The notes: generated by a model not told the origin, from the letters alone. DNA of 63,063 nt, filler included, from Octopus bimaculoides (GCF_001194135.2; 9 parts of 7 records of this genome joined end to end with filler, not necessarily neighbours in it); one strand, 5' to 3'; counted from the first letter of the whole stretch, positions 13,301-26,663 are shown. A program made the numbers and translations.

Positions 13301-14400
13301 TACTATGGCCAATAAATTCTAACTTTTTTTCTGCGAACCTAAATTTGAGACCTGTTTTGGGGTAATTTAGGGGTCACTGAGTTTTAAAGGGGCGATAGTT
13401 TTTGTCTATCACGTCCAGTTCTATTTTCTATGGGCTGGCCCATAATGGCCCCCGCCCGTAGATTCCTGTTTGAAACGTTTGTCGTCCTCTAACTCTTTTT
13501 GTTATATATGTGGCTGTTTTACAGTACCAAGTCCAATGAACGTTAGCGACATTGTGAAAGGATCCTACGTGACTTAGTTAAAGATTAAAGTTGGTGATCA
13601 GGATAAGTCGTGGGCCTGCACAATATACGTAAACCCTATATCGAAAATCTACGCCAATGGACAAATGGCACAAGGAAACAACTAACATTTAGCATTTGTA
13701 TGACATGGTGGAAGCCAAAGAACCATGTAAACGATTGCTACTTTTGTCTCACAAAGACGTCTTGTTATAGCAAGAGACCGTGATAGAAAACAAGTTACCC
13801 AAATCTGGATTCAGTAATTCATTCCATTCAGATGGAATACCAGTACCCGTTTTCAAGGATCTACCTTCGCTGCAAGGTGAAAGTGATATATGTGAAGTAG
13901 ATATAGAAGATGAACATGACTGATATAGACTTTGTGGAAACATCAACCAAAGAACGGGAAAAATTTAACCAGGCAGAACTTAATGAGGACTGCCAAAACA
14001 GTTATCAGAACTGTTAGCTTCTAGGATTAAAGAGAAGAATTTATGGCAGAAAGAAACAAACGTGACTTTTTATCAGAACAAGGAAAAAGATCTCTTGGCA
14101 TTCTTTACAAATGGAAAAGATTTTGTTTACTGTTGGGACTGTTAAACAAGTTGGATGTTGAACAGTATGGTCCTAGTAAATGGAAACTCCTTATAGATAG
14201 CCGAAAGAAGAGTCTAAAATGTGTGTTATTCTATAATGGAAACTTGTTTGGTGCGCTTCCTATTGGTCAGTCTGTGCACTTAAAAGAGAATTATAATTAC
14301 ATAAAAGTTGTAGTAGATTTACTTAAGTATGATGAACAGAAATGGGTCATATATATGAATCTAAATATGGTCAACTTTTTACTTGTGTGCGCGTGTAAAC
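13301..14400 (+). mobile_element. Degenerate DNA transposon, probably Chapaev3/CMC-type
   Basis: Frameshifted peptides KIKVGDQDKSWA...ENLRQWTNGTRKQL...KNHVNDCYFCLTK and WKLLIDSRKKSLKCVLFYNGN...VHLKENYNYIKVVVDLLKYDE...VNFLL match a widespread transposase family. The superfamily assignment is from memory. Confidence 0.65.
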
Positions 14401-14912
14401 CAGTGTATCTTGGATAAATATGCCTATAAGACTCCCCTGCTCGCAGTCATATCGGATGCATCTGTGCGTCGTTAACCAGCTAGAGGAGATGTCCTCTTGA
14501 GGTTAAAAAATCACAGTAGTGTCCGCTCGAATGGACAGCCACGTTGAAGTGGCTACGAATATTACTTGTCAGTGCGACTACTGCGTCGATCTCTTAGAGA
14601 GATTTTAGAAGTAGCATTTTTGCTGTTTGCAAAATCAGCGACTGTGTGTTCGCTTGAAATATATANNNNNNNNNNNNNNNNNNNNNNNNNNNNNNNNNNN
14701 NNNNNNNNNNNNNNNNNNNNNNNNNNNNNNNNNNNNNNNNNNNNNNNNNNNNNNNNNNNNNNNNNNNNNNNNNNNNNNNNNNNNNNNNNNNNNNNNNNNN
14801 NNNNNNNNNNNNNNNNNNNNNNNNNNNNNNNNNNNNNNNNNNNNNNNNNNNNNNNNNNNNNNNNNTATAGCGTGCAGAAGCGAGCTGCTATCATCTCTGA
14901 CAGACGAAGTGT

Positions 14913-14962
14913 CTAGTACCGAAGAGTGCAGAAATAGCCCGAAACCAGGACTGGTCTACTGG
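14913..14962 (+). ncRNA. Type I hammerhead ribozyme motif with a U4C core variant
   Basis: Stem I CTAGTA/TACTGG; core CCGAAGA; stem II GTGC/GCCC with one mismatch; GAAA; stem III ACCAG/CTGGT; GTC cleavage triplet. Confidence 0.7.
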
Positions 14963-16304
14963 TCCCGTTGCTAGGAGATGATAGGGATTTGGTCCCCTGC
15001 TCGCAATCATATCAGATGCAGCTGAGCATCGTTAACCAGCTATGGGAGATGTCCTCTTGGGGTTAAAAATTCGCAGTAGAGTCCGCTTGAACTGACAGCC
15101 ATGTTAAAGTGGCTACGAAAATTATATATATATATATATACACACACAAACATACGTACATCATGCACTTCCCCGTCGTTAAACGATGTTCGGTAAGAAA
15201 TAGCCGAACAACCACACAGATAATTTGTTTTTAATTTTTGTATACACATAAGGTCGTTCCCTCCATCAAATCGATATTACCTGTACATGTGCACCGTGTG
15301 CCACATGTCAGATGCCGAAATATCGCAGAACACAGTGAAATGAAATGCTTTGCTCAGGAACACAACGCGACGCCCGGTCTGGGAATCGAAACCACGATGT
15401 CGCAATCGTGAGTACATCACCCTAACCACTAAACCATTCACCTTCACACACATACACACACACACACGCTAAAATATACATGTATATATATGTACATACA
15501 CAGACACGCACAGACGTGTGCGTACACAGATAGACATGTACGCGCGCACACACACACATACATACACACACACACACAAAACACATACACTACGCATATA
15601 TACACACATATATAAATGGTGCTGCGTGTGTACGTGAGTGTATGCGTGAGTATAGAAATATATACATGCACAGAAAGGCTGACATGTATATATTTCATGA
15701 AAATAGCCACATTACACAAATGCAAATACACACACATACATACACAGATATATATGACAATATGTATGGATATATATATATACGTGTGTGTACATATAAT
15801 ATATGTTTATACACGTATGTGACTACGTAATAAGAAAAAAAGAGCGCTTTGATTAGCTTATTGTATTGGTTGACTGGTTGAAGTGTAGTCGCCATTGGAA
15901 TATAATGTGATGAAGCATAGAAGTCCACAGGTAATAAAGATAATTTAGGTCAGCAAGAAGCATTTGTAAAGACACGCAGTGTTTTAAGTCTAGTTAAACA
16001 AAGCACTCTCAATATAACTGTTATGCATAAGTAATTAGTTCACAACTAATCAACATATTTTCCTACAGGATATGCTTTTTGTGTACCTGTGTACTGTATG
16101 CATATTGACCTGTGGTTCATATGATATATTTTATAGTGATACATGTATCGTTATATCCGTTTCTGATCTCTTATCGCTTTATCTCTTACTGTATTTTGAT
16201 CGATTTGACTGTCAGTCTGTCTGTTTCTCCATCATGTTTTTACGTATGTTATATTTTCCTCTATGTAAAATTACGCTTTCTCTTTCTCTCTCTGCCTCTC
16301 TGTT

Positions 16305-16338
<34 letters not shown>

Positions 16339-16351
16339 CATATATATATAC

Positions 16352-16715
16352 GGGGCACTCCGTCGGTTACAACGACGATGGTTTCCGTTGATCCGAAAAA
16401 CGGAACAGCCTGCTCGTAAAATTAACGTGCAAGTGGCTGAGTACCCTTAACGTAGTTTTCGGGGAAATTCAGTGTGACACAGAGTGTGACAAGGCTGGTC
16501 CTTTGAAATACAGGTACAACAGAAACAGAACGAGAGAGTGAGAGAAAGTTATGGTGAAAGAGTACAGCAGGGTTCGCCACCATCCCCTGCCGGAGCCTCG
16601 TGGAGCTTTAGATGTTTTCTCTCAATAAACACTCACAACACCCGGTCTGGAAATCGAAACCGCGATCCTATGACCGCGAGTTCACTGCCCTAACTACTGG
16701 ACCATTGCGTTGCCA
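16352..16715 (-). mobile_element. SINE family 3 copy
   Basis: Minus-strand head with a GGTTTCGATTTCC B-box. Close homolog at 50637-50956(-). Related heads at 15255-15440(-) and 27585-27870(+). Confidence 0.85.
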
Positions 16716-16737
16716 CATACACACACATACGCACACA

Positions 16738-16838
<101 letters not shown>

Positions 16839-16896
16839 ATGTGTGTGTGTGTGGGTGGGCATGTGTGTGTATATATGTGAGTATATATCTATCGCC

Positions 16897-16933
<37 letters not shown>

Positions 16934-17871
16934 TCTCTCTCTCTATATATATATGCATACTCTTTACTCATTTACTCTTGTTTCAGTCATTTGACTGTGG
17001 CCATGCTGGAGCACTGCTTTTAGTCGAGCAAATCGACCCCAGGACTTATTATTTGTAAACCTAGTACTTATTCTATTGGTCTCTTTTGCCGAACGGCTAA
17101 GTTACGGAGGGGGGACAAACACAGACACACAAACACACACACATATACACACATATACATATATACGACGGGCTTCTTTCAGTTTCCGTCTACCAAATCC
17201 ACTCACAAGGCTTTGGTAGAAGACACTTGCCCAAGGTGCCACGCAGTGGGACTGAACCCGGAACCATGTGGTTTCGGGTTGAGCAAATGGAACAAATATA
17301 TACGGGTCCTTGTGATTTGCTTCTTGGCTCTAACACTCCACCGATTACCAAGTCGTTGTAACACACTAGCTAATATCAGGTGCTTTTCTTAGGTGTAGTT
17401 GCTGTTTGCGCTAAAACTTGTTCTGGTGAAAATTCGTGCAGTGTTTACTCTCGTATTTTCAACCTCAAGTATTGCGTCACATTTTTAGTTTCACAATTCT
17501 TCCTTGCTACGTCCTATTATAAAATCCGATTTACTGCAACCCAAGTCTTTGACCATATGATTCGTCTTTTATGGCTGCTTATCTTAGCGCTCTGCCCCAC
17601 TCGTCTGCCTGTCGGGGTATTCGTCTATTTATTGTTCGAAGCCTGCTATAACACTCTTCGGACACTGGTCCTAACGTAATTGCATGCAGTCTTTTCTGAG
17701 CTATCATCCATTCTTTTCTGTATTCTCCTGGATCTTCGCCCCACCTGAAATGAGCCATTTCATATGATCATCTGGATAGCTACCAGTCGAGCACTGGGAG
17801 TCAATGAAATCGACCAATTCCTCTCCCCCAAATTGCAGGCCTTGTGTCTATAGTTGGAGGTATTATTTTTA

Positions 17872-18180
17872 GTAGTGTCTGTTTGTCCGTGGGCAAGATA
17901 TCTCAAGAACCGCTGGATGGATTCGGATGAAACTTTCAGGGATCTTTGACCTCGTGACCGGCACGAACCGATTAAATTGTGGGATCGATCCGGTACCGGA
18001 CAAGGATTCTGGATTATTTTCCCTATTTTTATTTTTTTTATTTTTGAAAGCGGTAGGGTTCATTTTTAGTATTCTCGTTTGTTAGAGCAGTTGAGTTTAT
18101 TTCAGACATTCTCATTTTAAAAATCATCTCTGGCTAATCGTTGAGAGGACATTGGTGTTGTCTTGGCAGAAGTTTGAGTG
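17872..18180. mobile_element. DINE-1/HINE (Helentron-associated)-like non-autonomous element
   Basis: GTCTGTTTGTCCGT..ATCTCAAGAACCGCTGGATGGATTCGGATGAAACTTTCAGG resembles the DINE-1/HINE core. Confidence 0.5.
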
Positions 18181-18345
18181 CTCTTGTTATTATTCTCATA
18201 TACACTCAACAGATTAGACAGTTGGGAAAGAAAAAACCCTAATATCGGGTTACAGCGAGTAAACTTAGATGCCCAGAACCCTCCTATTATTATTATTATT
18301 ATTGTTATTATTATTATTATTATTATCATTATTATTATTATTATA

Positions 18346-18410
<65 letters not shown>

Positions 18411-18957
18411 CATGGAAGCATTATTATTGTTGCTGTTATTCTTGTATTTAAGATTAACTACATCTATCGCTTACACAGTTCTTTTAGCTGGTATTGCTAC
18501 TGGTGGTATAGATCATCATCATCATCCTCATCCTCCTCCTCCTCCTCCTCCTCATCCTCCTCCTCATCATCATNNNNNNNNNNNNNNNNNNNNNNNNNNN
18601 NNNNNNNNNNNNNNNNNTTAATTAATTAANNNNNNNNNNNNNNNNNNNNNNNNNNNNNNNNNNNNNNNNNNNNAATTCCAAAACGAAATATTTTATTAGT
18701 GCTCTCGTGAGAGAAAATTCATGTTGAAGACATGGAATTTCTCGCTAGCTGACGAGTGAATGGACACAGCTGGAATCGATCAAAACGAGAATTCCATTTC
18801 TTTTACAAGATTTTCATTTCGACCAAGTCTGCATTCTTACCTCCATTATAAAAGAGGTTATGTACATCAGCAGGTCTGACAACCCGCCTATATTGTCAAG
18901 AGCAATAATAGACGCGAAAACAATAGTAACCTGACCGACCATTACCAATGATTCTTT

Positions 18958-19000
<43 letters not shown>

Positions 19001-19945
19001 TACACACACACCTTGTATATCTAGCCCGTTCTATGATAAGTATTGTCTTAAAAATTTTAATTAGGTGCATCATGTGTGTTCATCCTCTCTCTTTCGCTCC
19101 ATTTTTGTTCTCTTTTTCTCTCTCCGTTATTTTTATTCACATTTCGGCTACGTTTAAGTCATATGTTCAAGAGGTTGCATTGAGACATCTGTGTAAAGGA
19201 TTGTATCTGATCTGTTTTTAATCCATACACTTTACTAATCCTTTTTCTCTTCTGTTAGTCAATATTCCCTCACATCTCCACTTCAGATGTTACCGACGTA
19301 ACATTGTCCACGTCACTCACTATCCATCATTCTTTCTCCCCCCCCAACACTCTCTCATCATAACTACTCTATTTCTTTTATCATACTTTTATTCCTTCAC
19401 CTTTCCTTTTCGTTTTTCTGTCATTGCTCTCCTATTCATCTTCTCAGTCATGTTACGCGTGACCAAACGAACACACAATAAGGACTCTTAAACCTTACGG
19501 GGTACAAGGCAACCCCACCAGTGCTGGTAATGCAATAAAGTGCGCTCAGTACCCTCTGTAAAGTAGATATAGCATGGGATCAAGAGAACCCACCGTCTTG
19601 CTTCACCCCTAGCACTCATAACATAAATGTGGAGAATTAAAACGTGCTCTGTCAACTTTTCTTAGACTGGGTCATCAAGGTGTAGAAGCTAACTTGCTAA
19701 CGCATGTAGTCCTTATTTGGAAATAAGTATATTTACATGCGAGTGTATATGGTTATGTATATGTGTTTAGCCCCAAAAGTACCTGAAACGGTGTGTCCTC
19801 GAGAAAAATGTATTTCATTTTCGAAATCTGCGACCCAAAGAGAAGGTCGTCCGGGAATAGTAATATAAAAATATTATTTACCACGAGAAACAACTCTCTC
19901 GCTCTCTATCTACCTATCTCCTATTACTTACCACACTCTTTATCA

Positions 19946-19984
<39 letters not shown>

Positions 19985-20328
19985 ATACATTATCTCACAC
20001 GCATTACTTTCATTTTTAAAACTTCCTCTAATGCTTTCTTTCATTTTGTGGTAGGCATTACGCACAAATCCTATTTTCTGATTAGATAAAAATGATCGCA
20101 AACTTGGATTCAGCATGAAAAAGTACATCAATATATAGCAAATTGGAAAATGTTCATTTAACTTTAAAATTTTAAAATCTGTGACAGCAACAGAAAAGAT
20201 CTCACTGTCTATCTCTTTCTGTTTTCGCNNNNNNNNNNNNNNNNNNNNNNNNNNNNNNNNNNNNNNNNNNNNTTAATTAATTAANNNNNNNNNNNNNNNN
20301 NNNNNNNNNNNNNNNNNNNNNNNNNNNN

Positions 20329-20378
<50 letters not shown>

Positions 20379-21934
20379 ATGTGTGTATCTACGCATGTGT
20401 CGGTAGCAGTACTGATGCGTAAGTGGGTGTGCATGTGCTAGCATGACGAATGTATCACTAGCGATAAGATATGTGAAACATCGGTGTACACTTTTGTGTT
20501 CCCACCGCCTCCTCTCCTACTCCTTCTCCTCTCCTACTCCTTCTCCTCTCCTACTCCCTCTCCTCTCCTACTCCTTCTCCTCCCCTACTCCTTCTCCTCG
20601 TCACCACTACATCTACTCTCTTGCTTTTCTTCCATGCGGCTTCCTACACCTACCATCATCACCTACTATCAACGTCCGACCTCTAACCAAATCCCATTGC
20701 CGCCGCCCCCTCTATTCCGCCACCGCCCGCTCCGCCCGCTCCGCCCGCTCCGCCCGCTCCNNNNNNNNNNNNNNNNNNNNNNNNNNNNNNNNNNNNNNNN
20801 NNNNNNNNNNNNNNNNNNNNNNNNNNNNNNNNNNNNNNNNNNNNNNNNNNNNNNNNNNNNNNNNNNNNNNNNNNNNNNNNNNNNNNNNNNNNNNNNNNNN
20901 NNNNNNNNNNNNNNNNNNNNNNNNNNNNNNNNNNNNNNNNNNNNNNNNNNNNNNNNNNNNNNNNNNNNNNNNNNNNNNNNNNNNNNNNNNNNNNNNNNNN
21001 NNNNNNNNNNNNNNNNNNNNNNNNNNNNNNNNNNNNNNNNNNNNNNNNNNNNNNNNNNNNNNNNNNNNNNNNNNNNNNNNNNNNNNNNNNNNNNNNNNNN
21101 NNNNNNNNNNNNNNNNNNNNNNNNNNNNNNNNNNNNNNNNNNNNNNNNNNNNNNNNNNNNNNNNNNNNNNNNNNNNNNNNNNNNNNNNNNNNNNNNNNNN
21201 NNNNNNNNNNNNNNNNNNNNNNNNNNNNNNNNNNNNNNNNNNNNNNNNNNNNNNNNNNNNNNNNNNNNNNNNNNNNNNNNNNNNNNNNNNNNNNNNNNNN
21301 NNNNNNNNNNNNNNNNNNNNNNNNNNNNNNNNNNNNNNNNNNNNNNNNNNNNNNNNNNNNNNNNNNNNNNNNNNNNNNNNNNNNNNNNNNNNNNNNNNNN
21401 NNNNNNNNNNNNNNNNNNNNNNNNNNNNNNNNNNNNNNNNNNNNNNNNNNNNNNNNNNNNNNNNNNNNNNNNNNNNNNNNNNNNNNNNNNNNNNNNNNNN
21501 NNNNNNNNNNNNNNNNNNNNNNNNNNNNNNNNNNNNNNNNNNNNNNNNNNNNNNNNNNNNNNNNNNNNNNNNNNNNNNNNNNNNNNNNNNNNNNNNNNNN
21601 NNNNNNNNNNNNNNNNNNNNNNNNNNNNNNNNNNNNNNNNNNNNNNNNNNNNNNNNNNNNNNNNNNNNNNNNNNNNNNNNNNNNNNNNNNNNNNNNNNNN
21701 NNNNNNNNNNNNNNNNNNNNNNNNNNNNNNNNNNNNNNTATAAAAGATAAACAAGAATGAAAAAACTACAGAAGGCTTGTGTTATATGGTTAAAGTATAT
21801 ATCTAAATCGTTATGTTAGAAAAATGTTATAAAATTTTGAGTATAGAAACATTGTATTTGGAGAAATAACCGGTTTCGTATTTTCTTTTCAAATTTCTCT
21901 ACCTGCATCGTAACATGTCTTCGCTCCGGTGTAT

Positions 21935-21980
<46 letters not shown>

Positions 21981-22439
21981 CATACACACATACACACACG
22001 CCCGCACGAAAACATACACAACATACACATACATACACATACACACACATACGCGCACGCACAAAAATATACACACACACGCACACACATGCATACAGAC
22101 ACACACATACAGACACACACATACACACACGCACACACACGCACGTACCTAACACTCACAATCCCCCCCACACACACGCGTACGCACATCCATACACACG
22201 CGTACGCACATCCACACACACGCGTACGCACATACACATACGTACACACATACACACACGCACAACGTTTTCTTGCTCTTTTATGTGAATCGGATGTTTT
22301 CTGCTTTGTTCAGAAGAGGAGAAAAATATTTTTGTAGTTTTGGAAAAAGTAGGCGCCAGCCAAAAAATCTCAAAAAACACCTCATAGGAGCAAAATTCAC
22401 ATTAGAGAACGAATCAGAATTCTCCACCAAAGGAATGTG

Positions 22440-22900
22440 AAGATAGCAGATAGGGAACATGCTACAACAACAACTTCAAATATTTAGAAAGTGGTCCCCA
22501 CATAAAATTCAAGAGCCGATTCTCGTTCAAAGTAAATGCAGATATGAACTGCAAGACACAGAATCTTATATGCTGCATTACTTGCCCCAACTGTAAGGAA
22601 AATTACATTAGCGAAACAAACAATTTCCTCTGTCAACGTGCAAGAATCCACAGACAACACATCTGACAAGACGAATTGCACAAGATTCCACTGAACAAAC
22701 ATCTAGAAATATGCGGTGAAGGAAAGTTCAAAATCTCCCCTTTGTACAAATATTCTGAAAAGCAACGGAGCTACACTTCATCAAAAAATTCTCTCCAAAA
22801 TTAAATGTTTGAAAGAAAAGCATAACTATATTTTGTCAAAAAAATTGGGAAGAGAAACAGAGACAATATGCCTGAACACCCCTTCAAATGAAACAAACTG
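22440..22900 (+). mobile_element. Penelope-like element remnant (GIY-YIG endonuclease)
   Basis: FKVNADMNCKTQNLICCITCPNCKENYISETNNFLCQRARIHRQHI...PLNKHLEICG. Confidence 0.8.
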
Positions 22901-24308
22901 TGAACACTGCGTGGTTAGCTTACACAGACGCTGAGTCCAGCTAATACGACTGGGAAGAAATAATGGAAATGAATGCTCCAATGAACGCTATATTGCTATC
23001 TAACAGTATTCACATATCATGTAAGGTGACATCAATGTAAGATGGTTTTGGTGTCTGTCGAGAAAGCTCCTTCATTGCCTTCTTACCATTTTATTTAGTA
23101 ATGATGATGGATGAAGAGAAAACATTTATATTACACTGTTGCAGTTGTTTCTGAATGTGGTTAATAACGTGACACTCGTTTCTATAAATAATCAGATATA
23201 TGTATAACATTGAGATTTTGACAACTGTTGTTCTTATAGAACTTAGATATACATGAGAAAGAATACTAGGACCATTCTACCACTGATTAGGAAAGATATC
23301 TAATGTAGCTACTTGGCAAAATAATTCGTAAAAAATATCTCTTTTAAATTATCTTATCCAAGTAAGCAAGAAAAAGACAAATAATCCTACAAAATGATGA
23401 AGGATAGTCAAAAATATAACTCAAATAATTTTTTATATTCTGACTTCATTCTCCTAATTTATGAATGTTGTACTAATATTTAATGTTTGTTCGTGCAAAA
23501 CATGGAATTACACAGAATATGAGATTTGACTATAAAAGTGTAAAGGAATGTACGTTTTCATAGGACTTTGAACTCTTTTTTTATTTTTAAAACTTTACAG
23601 TGGTGACCGCCGACTTAAGAATCAAAAACATTTTTCTTCTTCTTCCTCTCTTTTCTTATCTTTCCCATCCTACTTCCTAAAATTAACATCTTGAAAGGTC
23701 ATCTAGCCCTTGTGAGAAAATGTGTCTATTTAGAAATATGTTGACAGGTATATAATGAGAAAGGGAAAGAGGAAGAAACGAAAAAAGAAAAATGCTTTGT
23801 AATGAAATTTCAATGGATTGAACTGATACGATCATATCAGTTCATTATATATCCAGTTTGTGTTAAGAGATTGTGATATTATGGCTCGTTTTCAATATTT
23901 TCTTATTATAATACTAACCATTATTGAATCCAGCTGACTGATGCTTTTACAGCTTTACAACCTACGACACTTTGGTTTTCGATCAGTAATACGGCCGCAT
24001 TAGACGCAGGTAAATTTTTTGGTATATATAAAAACAGCGGCAAACAGGGTACATACACACGTATATACATACATACGTACATACACACACGCACACACAC
24101 AGGTACACACACGTACACACACACACCTCTGTGCATGTGCAGCTGTGTGGTAAGAAGTTCGCCTTCAAACCTCATGATTTCGGTTTCTTTCCCACTACCT
24201 GGCTCCTTGGGCCACTGTTTTCTACTATTGCCCTATTGCTCTAGGCCGATGAAATCCTTGTGAGTAGATTTGGTAGGCGGAGGCTGACAGAAGTCCATCA
24301 TATATCAA

Positions 24309-24387
<79 letters not shown>

Positions 24388-24727
24388 GTATCTATCTATC
24401 TCTGTGTGTGTGTGTGCGTGCATGTGTGCATGTATGTATATATATATATCCATGTGTGTGTGTATGTGCGAGCACGCATGTGAGCGTGTCTGCGTGCATG
24501 TATGTATACACCTATGTGTGTGTCTGTGTTTGTCTCCCACTATCGCTCTACAACCAGTACTGGTTTGTTTTCGTTCTCGTAACTTAGCGTTCCGGTAAAA
24601 GGAAGCCGATATGATAAGTACCAGACTTTAAAAAATAATTACCAAAGTAGACTTGTTCAACCAAACTCTTGAATGCAGTGCCCCAGCATGACCGCAATCC
24701 AATGACTGAAGCAAGTAAAAGATAAAA

Positions 24728-24837
<110 letters not shown>

Positions 24838-24977
24838 GGTAAAGAGCCTTACTCAAAACCATAGAATTCATATTTCCACAGGGAGATATGAATTCTATCG
24901 CATACAAACCACTTAAACTTGAAAACTAATAAATTCATTTTTTCCGACACTGACAACTATTTGTTTGCTGAAACTGT

Positions 24978-24999
24978 TTTATTTTTTCATTTATTTATT
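24978..24999 (-). terminator. Clustered AATAAA polyadenylation signals for gene A
   Basis: Three AATAAA hexamers on the minus strand about 75-100 nt downstream of the stop codon. Confidence 0.5.
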
Positions 25000-25074
25000 T
25001 ACAACAGAAATATACAGATAATGATGCCCAAGATTTCTATCAGTTCACAAGACTAGAACAAGCAGACATTTCTT

Positions 25075-25190
25075 TTAACCGGTTAAATCTACATCCTTGG
25101 GTTTCAACATGCGGGATACTTCATGGATCACACCGTTTGTTGCGCCAATGTCTCGGTTGACGAGGTAGCCATTTTCTACTGTGATGAAAC
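25075..25190 (-). CDS. FAS1 gene A, last coding exon: H2 motif of domain 2 (GFITVENGYLVNRDIGATNGVIHEVSRMLKPKDVDLTG*)
   Basis: Acceptor cccttcacag|GT, phase 1. ATNGVIHEV is the H2 motif. TAA stop at 25077-25075. Confidence 0.92.
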
Positions 25191-26416
25191 CTGTGAAGGG
25201 ATTAAGTAAAAAAAAAGTATTATTCTTATTTGCATGCATATGTTAGTACACACACACATACACACATTGTTATATTTGGGGATGGTCATTTTTTTTATTG
25301 CAAAATAACCACATGCACTACACACTCGCTCTTCACTTCAGCTTTATTATCATTATTCTTATTTTAGTGTCCTTTGATTCACTTTCTGAGAAAGCCAACA
25401 GACTAAACAGAAGAGGAGGAGATACGTGGGATAGAGAGTCGTTGAAGAGGTCACAGGATGTGTGACGGAAGATTTCAGGCAAAGAAAACTAAAATAAGAA
25501 TAACAATAAAGTTGAAGTGAAGAACGACTATATAGAATGTGTTTAGTTAGCACCCCTCCCCACAAAAAAACAGAAGTATAACAATATCTGTTTCAACACA
25601 CGATTTCACTTCAGGAATCTTGCAAAATAAATCCATAAGTGTGTGTGTATATATATATATATGTGTGTGGTGTTTGTCCTTATATAAGTCGCATCCCATA
25701 TATATATATATATATATATAAAGGTAAAGAAATAATTTTATTCTCAAACGCAGGATAATGCTAATAATATAGCATGAACAAGATAAACTATCCATATTTT
25801 GCAGAAAAATCTGTCGGCGGCCAGCCATGAGACTCGAACTCACATCCCTGTGATTACGCGTCCAGTGCTTTACCATGAAGCTAAACAAACCCAACGACAA
25901 GTTCTTTTGCAAAGTAGAACAAACAAGTAATAAAATAATAAAGGTGTTTATAGACTGGTGATATTAATGCCGCTGTTGCTTATCCTAAACATCTATTGGT
26001 CATTGTCCCATAGGAAAAGCAGAGGACCGAAAGGAAACTGGGTTTAAAGCTTAATGTTACGATGTAGGGTTAGTCTTTACAGTTTAGGTTAGGGCTTAGG
26101 GTTAGGGTTTATGATTTAGAGTTAATATTTAGGGCTAGGGTTTAAAGTAAGGGTTAGGTTTAGGGCATAGGGTTACGGTTAGGACTGGAGATAAGTTTAA
26201 GTTTAGGGTTAGACTGCAGGCAAAAGTGACAACGAAAAGAGAATATGTGTATTTGTGTGTGTGTGTGTGTGTACGTGTGCGGACAAAGAGAGAGAAAAAG
26301 TGAGGGAAAGAGAGAGGAGAGAGAGGGTGCAAGGAGAAAAAGGGGAAGAAAACAAAGGGCAACTGAAGAAATTGAAAGAAAAAGTTGACAAATGGAAGTG
26401 ACAGTAGAATTCTTAC

Positions 26417-26530
26417 CGAAAATGTTTTCTCTGATGAGAAGTCTTTCACCTTTTGCAAGAGTCGGCACGTATTGTGTGTGCATTCCAGCTCTCCACAGGA
26501 CTCCGCGAACAATGTGGTACTGCATCAGAA
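26417..26530 (-). CDS. FAS1 gene A, presumed exon 5: YH motif of domain 2 (LMQYHIVRGVLWRAGMHTQYVPTLAKGERLLIRENIF-G)
   Basis: Acceptor ttttcctttctatctcccag|TT, donor G|GTAAGA, 114 nt, phase 1 to 1. YHIV motif. Confidence 0.88.
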
Positions 26531-26617
26531 CTGGGAGATAGAAAGGAAAAGTGATAAACATTTTTTGGTTAATGTATTTAGAAATGAAATAATTTCTTAG
26601 ATATTGATAATGATAAT

Positions 26618-26663
<46 letters not shown>

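Noticed and set aside
17730-17790. WIFAPPEM as a FAS1 H1 motif
   Set aside because: No T before or AF after, no splice context, and the region runs into a SINE remnant.
18117-18621. Poly-Ile, poly-His/Pro and similar homopolymer ORFs (also 51713-52045, 58856-59176, 60556-60849)
   Set aside because: Translations of (ATT)n, (CAT)n and (CCT)n microsatellites.
19500-19580. Minus-strand exon-like segment with an AG acceptor and GTAAGG donor
   Set aside because: The sequence is a degenerate copy of the SINE-like repeat seen at 2377-2795.
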